A stretch of 64,000 nucleotides of DNA, taken from Candidatus Omnitrophota bacterium. Its GTDB lineage: Bacteria > Omnitrophota > Gorgyraeia > Pluralincolimonadales > Pluralincolimonadaceae. The stretch lies in NCBI GenBank assembly GCA_028716565.1, contig JAQUPL010000001.1, positions 211,545 through 275,544 on the forward strand, read 5' to 3'. Numbering within the stretch: the stretch's first letter is position 1; every line of letters begins with the position of its first letter. The notes under the pieces were generated by a model, which had not been told where the DNA came from, did no database searches, and saw only the letters and a list, made by a program, of their open reading frames with translations. Made by a program: the position numbers and the translations under genes. This document shows positions 54,501-61,516 of the stretch, piece after piece.

Positions 54501-57376
54501 CAGCCGGTGATCGTCTGCCCGTAGACGCCCCAGTTCTGCGCTATTCCGCGTTCGTGATCGACTATCGATAATGTCCGGAAGTCATCTTGACCGTATATGT
54601 ATCCGCCCGTCGTTAAGGTGCCGGAAAGATAACCGTACCCTTCGGTATTCCATATGGGGAGCTCTTCCGCGGGGATGCCCAATTCCCCGGCCGAGACCAT
54701 TTGGGTCTTTGTCATCTCTCCCTGCAGGAGGTACATCCCGATATCCGTCGAATACGCGCCCTTCAGGTCGCCTGACATCACTCCGGCATTGCCGGCCGGG
54801 TCTATATACAACAGCCTCGCAAGTCCGAGTAATTTTGCATCCTGTCCGTCGCCGGCTGTGAAGCCGAAAAACGCGCCGCCGTCATATGTAGTATATGGTC
54901 TGGTTTCATCGCGCGGATTATCGCTGCCCATATTCTCAAACCAGATAAACGGTTCGTAAAATTCTCCCTCATAGCCTTCGCCGTACTCAGGGTTGACGTC
55001 CGGTTCCACGTACCCTATGGAAGTGACATTGAAGGATCCCGCGCCCCAGAGGTCTCCGGTAGTGCCGAATAATCCGCGGAAATCGCCGTCATGGAAGTAA
55101 TCGCCGTAATTATAAGTATATAAACATATGTCAAAGTCTCCGCTGGAGGTCAGGGGTTCTTCTCTGAAGCCGCCCAGCCCTATCCCTTCGAAACCTTCTC
55201 CCTCAATGTTGCCCAGTATCGTACCGTAGTATGTACCTAACTTATCGTAATCAAGGTAGGTTCTGAGTATGTCTATTCTTACGGCGCCCGAGCCATCGTC
55301 AACGCCCTCAAGCGAGACGAAAAATCTTCCGCCGGCATCACCGTAGTACCCGCCTGCCGCTCCGAGCCAATTATTCAGGTTATGCGAGTTAGAATATCCG
55401 CCGTTATATACGTCTCTCCATATACCCCAGTTCTCTCCGGCGATCGTTTTTATGTCCTCGTCGAAGACGACGTCGAACTGACCGCTGCCATTACCGAAAT
55501 AGGCGTTCAACCAGCCGTTGCCGGTACCGTCCTCCCACCCGTATTCCTTGCCGGGCTCAAGCTGGGCCATGGGTATTGTATAGAGGTCCCCGGTGCCGCT
55601 CAAAGTGCCTGCCCCGGCTAGCGAGACGCTATTCGTACCGGAAAAATATCCGAAAAGGTTACCCGCTAAACCGGAAGGATCTATATATATAGAAGATACA
55701 ACGCCTTCCCAACTGTGCCAGCTTCCTCCGGCCCAGCCCGTAAAAGCTCCGCCGTCTGTGCTGGTGCCGTACACTTCTCCGTGCCAGAGGCTGTAGCCGG
55801 GATTTTCATATGAACCGGCAGCGTTAGTGGAGAAGATCCCTGACCATGGGACGGCAAGGGCTGTCGTGTTTGAAAGGTCTATCTCGATACTATTAGGACC
55901 TTCTAGCCCCTCATCGGGCCCGAAAGCGCCTTCGATCCTTCCTGAAAGATAAACGGGTAAAGTCGCAGAGCCGCCGCCTTCGCCGCCGGTCGTACCGCCG
56001 CCCACTCCCGTATTGTCGGTAAATATCTTGTCGCTGAAAGGATTCTGGTTCCAGTTGGTGTCGGGGTTATCACCTGTACCTCCTCCAGTACCTTCAGAAT
56101 ATCCCTCAGGGGCGGAATAACCTTCAGCCCCTCCTTCGACATCCCATCCCTGGTTCCATTGTGAACGTTGCTCATCGGTGACATGGATCGGGTTCGATAC
56201 ATTACCGTTCCCGTCGGCGCCGGATGAGGTTCCAGCTGCCACATTTTGGATGATTCCGGATATCATGCTTTTCAAGACACCGTTACCGTCTTCGAAATAT
56301 GCGCTTGTAAGATTAGGCAGGATGTTAAGGAAAAGGATCGTGCCGCGGACGGAAGCGACGGCTGTCGGGGTCTTGACTTCAAATTTGGAATTGCCTTTAA
56401 GTTTCTCTACTTTGGCGCGGAGTTTGCCCTTCTTCGACTCAAAGAGGCTCTCATGCTCTCCGCTCCCGGTCTCCTTGAGGCGTGTTATAGTGAAATTCGA
56501 GTCCTGTTGTAAAGTGATGACATCACCGTTCTCGACCCTGAATTCCACTTTTCCGTTCTTGTTCGTCTCTATTGTATCGCCGCCTCTGAGGGTCTCGTTC
56601 ACTTTAGCGTCGTGCCATACGGCCGAGCCGCCGTTCTTGACTTTAACGCTTCCGGAGAGTTTGACGATGACCGCCTTCATCTCGCCGGGTTCGCTGTAAC
56701 CCTCGGCCGCCGCGGATTCCCCGGCAGGGGCTTTCGCTATCAGAGTATCTTTTTCGTGCGCGGTTCTCTCCATGGCAAGGATCGTCCTGGGAGAGGTAGG
56801 CCCGCTGTCCGCGAGTATTACCGATGACTCCCCGCTCTTTATCTCGACCTTCTTTTCGGGAGCGGCGGAGCTTGAGAATGACAAGCTGCCGTTCAGGACC
56901 GTCGCCGAGGTCGCCGATTTCTGGTAGGCCACTACGACATCGGTCCCTTTTATGCTTCCGGAGGCGTTAGGGGTATTGATGAGGAAATTATCTTTGCCCG
57001 GAGCTTTGGAGACAACCGCTCTTATCTTCCCGCGTTCTATGTTCAAAACGGCCGCTATACGTTTTCCGTCGAGGCCTACCCTGTAATCCTTGATCTCAAG
57101 CCTGGTTTTTTCCGAGAGGGTGACGACAGACTTGTCAGAGAACGTTAACTCCGCCTTAGAGATGCTCTTCGTTCTCAGGATGTCTCCCGCAGATACATCC
57201 TCTCCGCCTTTTACCGGCACCGCTTCGGTCCTACCCGGGCTAAGCAGGTCTACATTACCCTCGGCGGCGGATACCCTGCCTATCACTTCGGCGCTCGCCG
57301 TGACGGCGAAAGCAAGGGACGCCGCGGTAAGTATAAATACTCCCGCCGTTAATAGTTTTGCGGTCCGGCTTTTCAT
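51575..57376 (-). CDS. giant secreted protein (1933 aa): signal peptide, two tandem FecR domains, ~1500 aa repetitive Gly/Tyr/Asp/Asn/Trp-rich region
   Basis: SPI signal peptide (..LAFAVTASA) with no lipobox. FecR domain 1 (GDILRTKSISKAELTFSDKSVVTLSEKTRLEI...FLINTPNASGSIKGTDVVV) and domain 2 (GDTIETNKNGKVEFRVENGDVITLQQDSNFTI...FEVKTPTAVASVRGTILFL). The remainder has almost no Lys or Arg and shows a recurring motif h-x-G-[DN]-h-x-G-x-Y-[NS]-[DT] (LHGDINGRYNDE, MSGDLKGAYSTD, FGDARGIYNDRE, SGNIAGVYNDTD). Confidence 0.85.
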   Translation of the reverse strand: MKSRTAKLLTAGVFILTAASLAFAVTASAEVIGRVSAAEGNVDLLSPGRTEAVPVKGGEDVSAGDILRTKSISKAELTFSDKSVVTLSEKTRLEIKDYRVGLDGKRIAAVLNIERGKIRAVVSKAPGKDNFLINTPNASGSIKGTDVVVAYQKSATSATVLNGSLSFSSSAAPEKKVEIKSGESSVILADSGPTSPRTILAMERTAHEKDTLIAKAPAGESAAAEGYSEPGEMKAVIVKLSGSVKVKNGGSAVWHDAKVNETLRGGDTIETNKNGKVEFRVENGDVITLQQDSNFTITRLKETGSGEHESLFESKKGKLRAKVEKLKGNSKFEVKTPTAVASVRGTILFLNILPNLTSAYFEDGNGVLKSMISGIIQNVAAGTSSGADGNGNVSNPIHVTDEQRSQWNQGWDVEGGAEGYSAPEGYSEGTGGGTGDNPDTNWNQNPFSDKIFTDNTGVGGGTTGGEGGGSATLPVYLSGRIEGAFGPDEGLEGPNSIEIDLSNTTALAVPWSGIFSTNAAGSYENPGYSLWHGEVYGTSTDGGAFTGWAGGSWHSWEGVVSSIYIDPSGLAGNLFGYFSGTNSVSLAGAGTLSGTGDLYTIPMAQLEPGKEYGWEDGTGNGWLNAYFGNGSGQFDVVFDEDIKTIAGENWGIWRDVYNGGYSNSHNLNNWLGAAGGYYGDAGGRFFVSLEGVDDGSGAVRIDILRTYLDYDKLGTYYGTILGNIEGEGFEGIGLGGFREEPLTSSGDFDICLYTYNYGDYFHDGDFRGLFGTTGDLWGAGSFNVTSIGYVEPDVNPEYGEGYEGEFYEPFIWFENMGSDNPRDETRPYTTYDGGAFFGFTAGDGQDAKLLGLARLLYIDPAGNAGVMSGDLKGAYSTDIGMYLLQGEMTKTQMVSAGELGIPAEELPIWNTEGYGYLSGTLTTGGYIYGQDDFRTLSIVDHERGIAQNWGVYGQTITGWFENDDPGSETTWSGVMGGDDPFGAYYFKYGDGEGEGYLNDDYGYWMADLTGTWDEVSDYIEDVDAELHGKFITYTKMGNIDGKILGIYEGEGEGDWLGVGAGVWNGGRLTLSGLWGYEVRSLYYDNYGYIDKAGEEWGLIGSTVEQWWNEASFPVLAMGKFYNYAEENPLLWNTPIESYNAELDNSTTLDGGAFKGFSAGIWKDGSMSDGSMWAIYAANGAVGLLHGDINGRYNDEIEMWQAEGALYRQAMGGTVVSPEDLFERFAEDGYHAEYMVGGSFDGINLVYGSASESSYYIANNPWGLFNITLAGEWGEPWYEGNAKEGAVVLGYYDGDEPYYNYYELVTISNSSVSGNKIVGDVFGTAIDLERNVMSTIFGDARGIYNDREGYSTFALSAIGGWVEKPLVTGGMMIDGYFGDYDMLDYGYVNGVLGSTGVLWDNSPEFTILGNYDNPDINEDGAGYYNLWGSDFVAVTNGNSVLYGSVGGTTLNNSLKGMLAAIYVRNAGDLDADGDDDYLAGYVLSSDGTGNPAYVNGAFYPSISMFDAYGNMTAYPGQQTDISPELFLMDVMNDDIDVVFEYGDLDAVINGNVSGFVSGEHIQLRDQNWGLWRASAGGAYASLPTGAWNSVLAGEGDRIYGRSPWVAVISGSEWTDNGFLATMNGVTLYGTRLGEISGNIAGVYNDTDGWEALAIGRYEQIIDLKEEHIITNEIDVAGSGWGNINGVLMAGLFGGEAVTNLGIPEGMPDTGTYSGMLAGTGNIEENSNWRLALGIKSYDDGVVDGYLLGTASSNGFHGVSFGMHTEGEDTLWVGMVDGTISDITNVDTTWNAKVEGDWVDLAEIATSALGFDQVALADMVQVPITETYTALLTDVSGNANLIAGSIDLSVYDTGIFVGYGQLIRSALPVIGEIDTISNLSDYLNHTYTNITETTYTADILGQINGSTATGQAAGSITYDGTSYILDEVVAGVLTP

Positions 57377-57394
57377 CTTACATATCTCCTCATT

Positions 57395-58897
57395 TTAGAA
57401 TTTGTATTGTATCCCTAAACCGTAAATGCTTCTGTCGTAATCGTAGACCGCTATATTCGAATGGTCCTTCACGTAGGTGTACCTGAACTGCAGCTCCGCT
57501 TCCTTCCAGAAGTTATACGCGAGCATGGAAGAGACCGTATAGACCTGGTCATCCCGCTTTTTCCCGAATATTGTGTTCGTATCGGCGAAGTCCTGGAGGA
57601 AAGCGTCGCCTGCGATGCTTAGCTTAAATTTTTTAAAGAAAGGATAGAGGATCGTCGCGGTGAACCTGTTGCCGAGATAGTTCCAGTTCACGCCTTGTGT
57701 ATATTCCCTATTCAGCCCGTAATGGAGCCCGAAGAAACCTTTATTCTCCGCGAAGAAGAAAAAGTAACCCAGGCCACCGCCGAAATCATTCGAGTTCCTG
57801 TTCTCGTCGGGTATGAAGGGGTCGCGGGCAAAAGCCTTCTTCTGATACTTAAAATTAGCCTGAAGCATGTGCCTTCCGCCGATTATGTAATTGACAACGG
57901 GGCTGGCGCTGACCGTCGTCATATATTTGGTCCTTCCTACATCGGTATAGTTATATCCCGCGGCGATGCCCAAAGTCCCATTCTTGAAATAATAATTCGG
58001 CGTTACCACGACGGTCTGGCTCAGGACATCGTAAATGCCGAGGTCATTCTGGTGCGCGAAGTACAGGGAATACTGGCCGTCGAGTCCCAGCTTATCATTT
58101 AACTTCAGCCTGCCCTGGCCCATGAAGTTCACGACTTCCCTCCAGTCAGCCTCATCGCTGATGCCGGTCGCGACAGTATCGTCGCCGGGCTTAAGCAGGA
58201 CGTTCGTGTCGTATTCCCCTCCGATGCTGACAGTCGCCCTTAGGGGCCTCTCAGCCTCCTCTTTTCTCTTAAGGGCCTCCATATATTCGCTGGAAAATGA
58301 CGCGAGGTCGGAGTTGGGGTCGAGGATTATTATCTCGTGAAATACCTTTTTAGCCTCGGCGAACCTCTTCTCCTTTAGGTGCGCGATGCCTATCTGGTAA
58401 TCGGCGGCCCGGGCGAGCGTCGGGTCGATAGCTTTTGCGTTCTCGAAGGCTGTTATCGAGTCCATATTTTCGCCGGCCTTCAAGAGCACAAGGCCTTTCA
58501 GGAAAGCTGTCTGCGAGGGCTTGATATTTTCCTTTTCCGCCGTCGCTATATAAGACTTCGCCTCGTTTGTCTCTCCCAGTTGATAGAGCACTTCAACAAG
58601 CTCGACAAGCGCTTCCTTGATCTTCGGCGTAAGCGTAACCGCGTCGGTTAACTGTTCTTTCGCGAGCTTATAGTCCTGCAGCTGCTTATAAGTTATACCG
58701 AGGTAATAGGCGGCCAGGCACGAATTCGGGTCCTCCTGCCTTGCCTTCTTAAGGAGAACGACCGCTTCATCGAAGTTCTCTCTTTTATACTGACTCATGC
58801 CTTGCTCAAGAGACGTATCAGCGGTTGCGGTATTGAAGATAAAAAAAGAAGATATAAAGACGGAAAATATCATTACCAGGAGGGCTTTTTGCGGCAT
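57395..58897 (-). CDS. outer-membrane protein: N-terminal periplasmic TPR domain + C-terminal beta-barrel (Slam / type 11 secretion-like architecture)
   Basis: 500 aa with a signal peptide. It has 4-5 TPR-like repeats (residues ~30-200), then ~14 amphipathic beta-strands ending in a C-terminal aromatic (..GLGIQYKF). Size and layout match Slam (DUF560) translocons. It is 18 bp upstream of the giant gene. Confidence 0.6.
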   Translation of the reverse strand: MPQKALLVMIFSVFISSFFIFNTATADTSLEQGMSQYKRENFDEAVVLLKKARQEDPNSCLAAYYLGITYKQLQDYKLAKEQLTDAVTLTPKIKEALVELVEVLYQLGETNEAKSYIATAEKENIKPSQTAFLKGLVLLKAGENMDSITAFENAKAIDPTLARAADYQIGIAHLKEKRFAEAKKVFHEIIILDPNSDLASFSSEYMEALKRKEEAERPLRATVSIGGEYDTNVLLKPGDDTVATGISDEADWREVVNFMGQGRLKLNDKLGLDGQYSLYFAHQNDLGIYDVLSQTVVVTPNYYFKNGTLGIAAGYNYTDVGRTKYMTTVSASPVVNYIIGGRHMLQANFKYQKKAFARDPFIPDENRNSNDFGGGLGYFFFFAENKGFFGLHYGLNREYTQGVNWNYLGNRFTATILYPFFKKFKLSIAGDAFLQDFADTNTIFGKKRDDQVYTVSSMLAYNFWKEAELQFRYTYVKDHSNIAVYDYDRSIYGLGIQYKF

Positions 58898-58969
58898 TTA
58901 TGCTCTTCCTTTTGTTTTACTAGATTTGTTTTTAAAGATATAATACGAAGTATGCCGTAAGATGAAATA

Positions 58970-58998
58970 ACTCTATCATTTCCTTATAATTATGTCAA
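58970..58998 (-). promoter_or_regulatory. putative sigma-70 promoter of the OMP / giant / lipoprotein operon (-35 TTGACA, 17-nt spacer, -10 TAGAGT)
   Basis: Minus-strand TTGACA at 58998..58993 (inside the palindrome) and a weak -10 TAGAGT at 58975..58970. Confidence 0.4.
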
Positions 58999-59016
58999 GA
59001 TAAATATCTTGACATA
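58991..59016. promoter_or_regulatory. perfect 12-2-12 palindrome (candidate operator) in the divergent intergenic region
   Basis: TATGTCAAGATA-AA-TATCTTGACATA. Each arm contains TTGACA, serving as the -35 for the + strand (59009-59014) and the - strand (58998..58993) promoters. Confidence 0.7.
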
Positions 59017-59037
59017 AGGCGCCAAATCGCATATTAT
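59009..59037 (+). promoter_or_regulatory. sigma-70 promoter of the PEP-CTERM protein gene (-35 TTGACA, 17-nt spacer, -10 TATTAT)
   Basis: TTGACA at 59009-59014, a 17-nt spacer, and TATTAT at 59032-59037, 45 nt upstream of the ATG at 59083. Confidence 0.6.
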
Positions 59038-59082
59038 ACTACAAGCGACCAAAATCTAACCGTTGAATCCAAGGGGCTTTAT

Positions 59083-59598
59083 ATGAAAAAACTATCCATT
59101 ATTTTGCTGGTGGTAGCTTTTCTCTCCGTTGCTCACTCTGCATTTCCCGATACTTTCGATACTTTACAGGGTATTGTTTTTTATCCATTTTCCACCGCAG
59201 AACATTATACAGAGATCCATAATTTCGATCTTGGGCAAACCCCCTATCTATATTTAGAGCTTCCGTCGGGAAATTACGGTTTTTATACGTCCTCTATTGA
59301 AACTAACTGGTATCACGGTGACTCAGATGAAGGCGGCTATACTGCATTAGGTATAGAACGACTTGTCTACAATAATAATCCGACCCCGACCTTATCCCGG
59401 GACTGGAGCAACCCGTCTAATATCGGCACCTGGTATATCTCTGCGAATTGCACTATTGTTGGTACTTCGTATTTAACCGGACAAGCCAACACCTGGTTCA
59501 CAATCAGCGACCCGAATGCTGTCCCGGAACCCGTCAGCACTATCCTGTTTTTGGCAGGCGGGGCGACACTCGCGGTAAGACGCCTGCGTAAAAAGTAA
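59083..59598 (+). CDS. PEP-CTERM sorting-signal protein (putative exosortase substrate), secreted
   Basis: 171 aa; N-terminal signal peptide and a C-terminal VPEPVSTILFLAGGATLAVRRLRKK (PEP motif, TM helix, basic tail). The gene is visibly lower-GC than its surroundings and is the only plus-strand gene in the window. Confidence 0.8.
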   Translation: MKKLSIILLVVAFLSVAHSAFPDTFDTLQGIVFYPFSTAEHYTEIHNFDLGQTPYLYLELPSGNYGFYTSSIETNWYHGDSDEGGYTALGIERLVYNNNPTPTLSRDWSNPSNIGTWYISANCTIVGTSYLTGQANTWFTISDPNAVPEPVSTILFLAGGATLAVRRLRKK

Positions 59599-59605
59599 TT
59601 CCCTT

Positions 59606-61516
59606 CTATTCTATTTTCAATATAATCACCGTCATGTCGTCGTGTTGGGGCGTGCCTTGGCTGAATTTCTCGACTTCCCCTACCAGCTTATCGGCCAGGC
59701 CCTGGGCCGAAAGCCGCCTGTTCAATAATGCCGTATCGAGTATTTGTTTCTCGCCGAATTCTCTCTTGTTCTTGTCCCTCGCCTCTGATATGCCGTCCGT
59801 ATACATCACGAATACGTCTCCCGGTGAAACATCGAACTCATCGGCCGTAAACTCCGAGCCGGGGATTATACCTATGGGGCTTCCGACCGATTGCGTCAGC
59901 GCCACCACGTCCCCGGAATCTTTCACCCAGACGAGCGGGTTATGGCCGCCGTTCGAATATTTTATCTTCCTCTCCTTGGGTTTGTAGATGAGGTACTGGA
60001 GGGTGACGAACATCCCGGAGACCCCTTCTTCAACGAGCCTGTCATTTATCGCGGTAAGGGCTTCATCCGGTTCGTTGAAGTCATGGGAAAGACCGCGGAA
60101 ATCCGCCATCGCCTTCGCCATGAACAGGGCTGCCGGGACGCCTTTGCCTGAGACATCTCCGATGACGATCCCCAGCCTGTCTTCCTTCAATTTGACGACA
60201 TCGTAAAACAATTTTATGAAATCGTAAAAATCCCCTCCGACATGTTTTGCCGGAACGAACTTGACCCCTAATTCGACGCCTTTAGTCCCCGGAAGGTTTT
60301 GGGGCAATAGCGACTGCTGTATCCGGCTTGCTATCTGGAGCTCTTTTTCTATAAGGCCCTTCTCGAACCTCGTTATAATGAACTGGTTAAGTGTCACGGC
60401 AGGATACGCGACGCACAGCAATATCAGTATGCTTACATAATCCAACCATATATTAAAAAAAGAAAATGAAATATACGATATAGCCGATATTCCTGCTGCC
60501 AGGACCGCGAAAAAAGCCAGACCCTCGAACGGGGTCCTTTTCGGGAGAGTAAGACCGATGGCTGAGCCGATAATAAGGAGTATAAGTAATATTCCCGGCC
60601 TGTATACCCGATCGATGAAATCCTTTTTAAGGATCGTGTTAATCGCGCTTGCCCTTATGCCTACGCCCGGGTATAAGCTGGACATCGGAGTAGACCAAAA
60701 GTCCTCGCTTCCGGTCGCGGTCAACCCTATGATGACGATCTTGTCCTTCAGCATCTTAAGGTCTATGGCAGGTTTTTCGCCGTCCTGCGCCTGTACGCCG
60801 GCCAATGCCACGGCCGCGTAAGATGCCCTTTTAAATTTGGCGTATTCTCCGGGATAATTTATCCACATCATCCTGTTCGCGTCAGTCCTGACATTGAGTT
60901 TCTCGGGTGTTGTGCCTAAAAAATGCGCGGCCACGAGCGCGTCCAAGGATAAGTATTTTTTTCCTTCATGGGTGAGCTCTACCGGAACCTTCCTGACTTT
61001 CCCGTCCGGCTCTACTAGGATGTTCACGAAACCTACGCCTTTGGCGTTCCGCTGCAGTTCCGGCAACGGCAGGGTAATATCCCTGGGCTTGATGATGTTC
61101 TTCCTCATGTCGTCCTGGCCGAGGTCGAAAAAAGCCGAATAGAATATGTTGCCGGTTATCTTGGTCTGTTTAGATAGTTTTATGTCTTCCTCTGGCTTAT
61201 CCTCCTCCGGTTCGCTGAAGATGATATCGAAGACTATGGTCTTGGGGCCGTAATCATCTATGATATCCAGCAATTCTGCGTGATATCCCCTGTCCCACGG
61301 CCACCTGCCGAAGGCCTTAAGGGCCGCGTCGTCTATCTCTATGATGACTATATCGGGACTTGCCGGCCGCGGGCCGCGCATCTTGAAAAGTAAGTCAAGC
61401 CCCTGGTATTCAGCGAGCTCAAGGATGCCTGTCAGGTAGGCAAAGCCTATGACCGCCGCGCAAATTAGCCCTATTAAAAGCCCGCTTTTCTTTTTCATTC
61501 TATTATTATCTCGCAT
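59606..61516 (-). CDS. CHASE2 sensor domain-containing PP2C/SpoIIE-family serine phosphatase
   Basis: 636 aa; TM helix, periplasmic CHASE2-like region (..IVIIEIDDAALKAFGRWPWDRGYHAELL..), three TM helices, then a PP2C domain (GDVSGKGVPAALFMA...MYTDGISEARD). Confidence 0.75.
   Translation of the reverse strand: MRDNNRMKKKSGLLIGLICAAVIGFAYLTGILELAEYQGLDLLFKMRGPRPASPDIVIIEIDDAALKAFGRWPWDRGYHAELLDIIDDYGPKTIVFDIIFSEPEEDKPEEDIKLSKQTKITGNIFYSAFFDLGQDDMRKNIIKPRDITLPLPELQRNAKGVGFVNILVEPDGKVRKVPVELTHEGKKYLSLDALVAAHFLGTTPEKLNVRTDANRMMWINYPGEYAKFKRASYAAVALAGVQAQDGEKPAIDLKMLKDKIVIIGLTATGSEDFWSTPMSSLYPGVGIRASAINTILKKDFIDRVYRPGILLILLIIGSAIGLTLPKRTPFEGLAFFAVLAAGISAISYISFSFFNIWLDYVSILILLCVAYPAVTLNQFIITRFEKGLIEKELQIASRIQQSLLPQNLPGTKGVELGVKFVPAKHVGGDFYDFIKLFYDVVKLKEDRLGIVIGDVSGKGVPAALFMAKAMADFRGLSHDFNEPDEALTAINDRLVEEGVSGMFVTLQYLIYKPKERKIKYSNGGHNPLVWVKDSGDVVALTQSVGSPIGIIPGSEFTADEFDVSPGDVFVMYTDGISEARDKNKREFGEKQILDTALLNRRLSAQGLADKLVGEVEKFSQGTPQHDDMTVIILKIE

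Noticed and set aside
51575-57376. Giant protein as an RTX toxin/adhesin
   Set aside because: No GGxGxDxUx nonapeptide arrays and no C-terminal T1SS signal context (no ABC/MFP/TolC genes). It has an N-terminal Sec signal peptide instead.
57395-58897. Interpreting the TPR/beta-barrel OMP as a BcsC/PgaA/PelB/AlgE-type polysaccharide export porin
   Set aside because: Those proteins are much longer (800-1200 aa, many more TPRs) and sit in synthase/export operons. Here the protein is 500 aa and its operon partners are a giant secreted protein and a chaperone-like lipoprotein, with no glycosyltransferases nearby. A Slam-like role fits better, though it is unproven.
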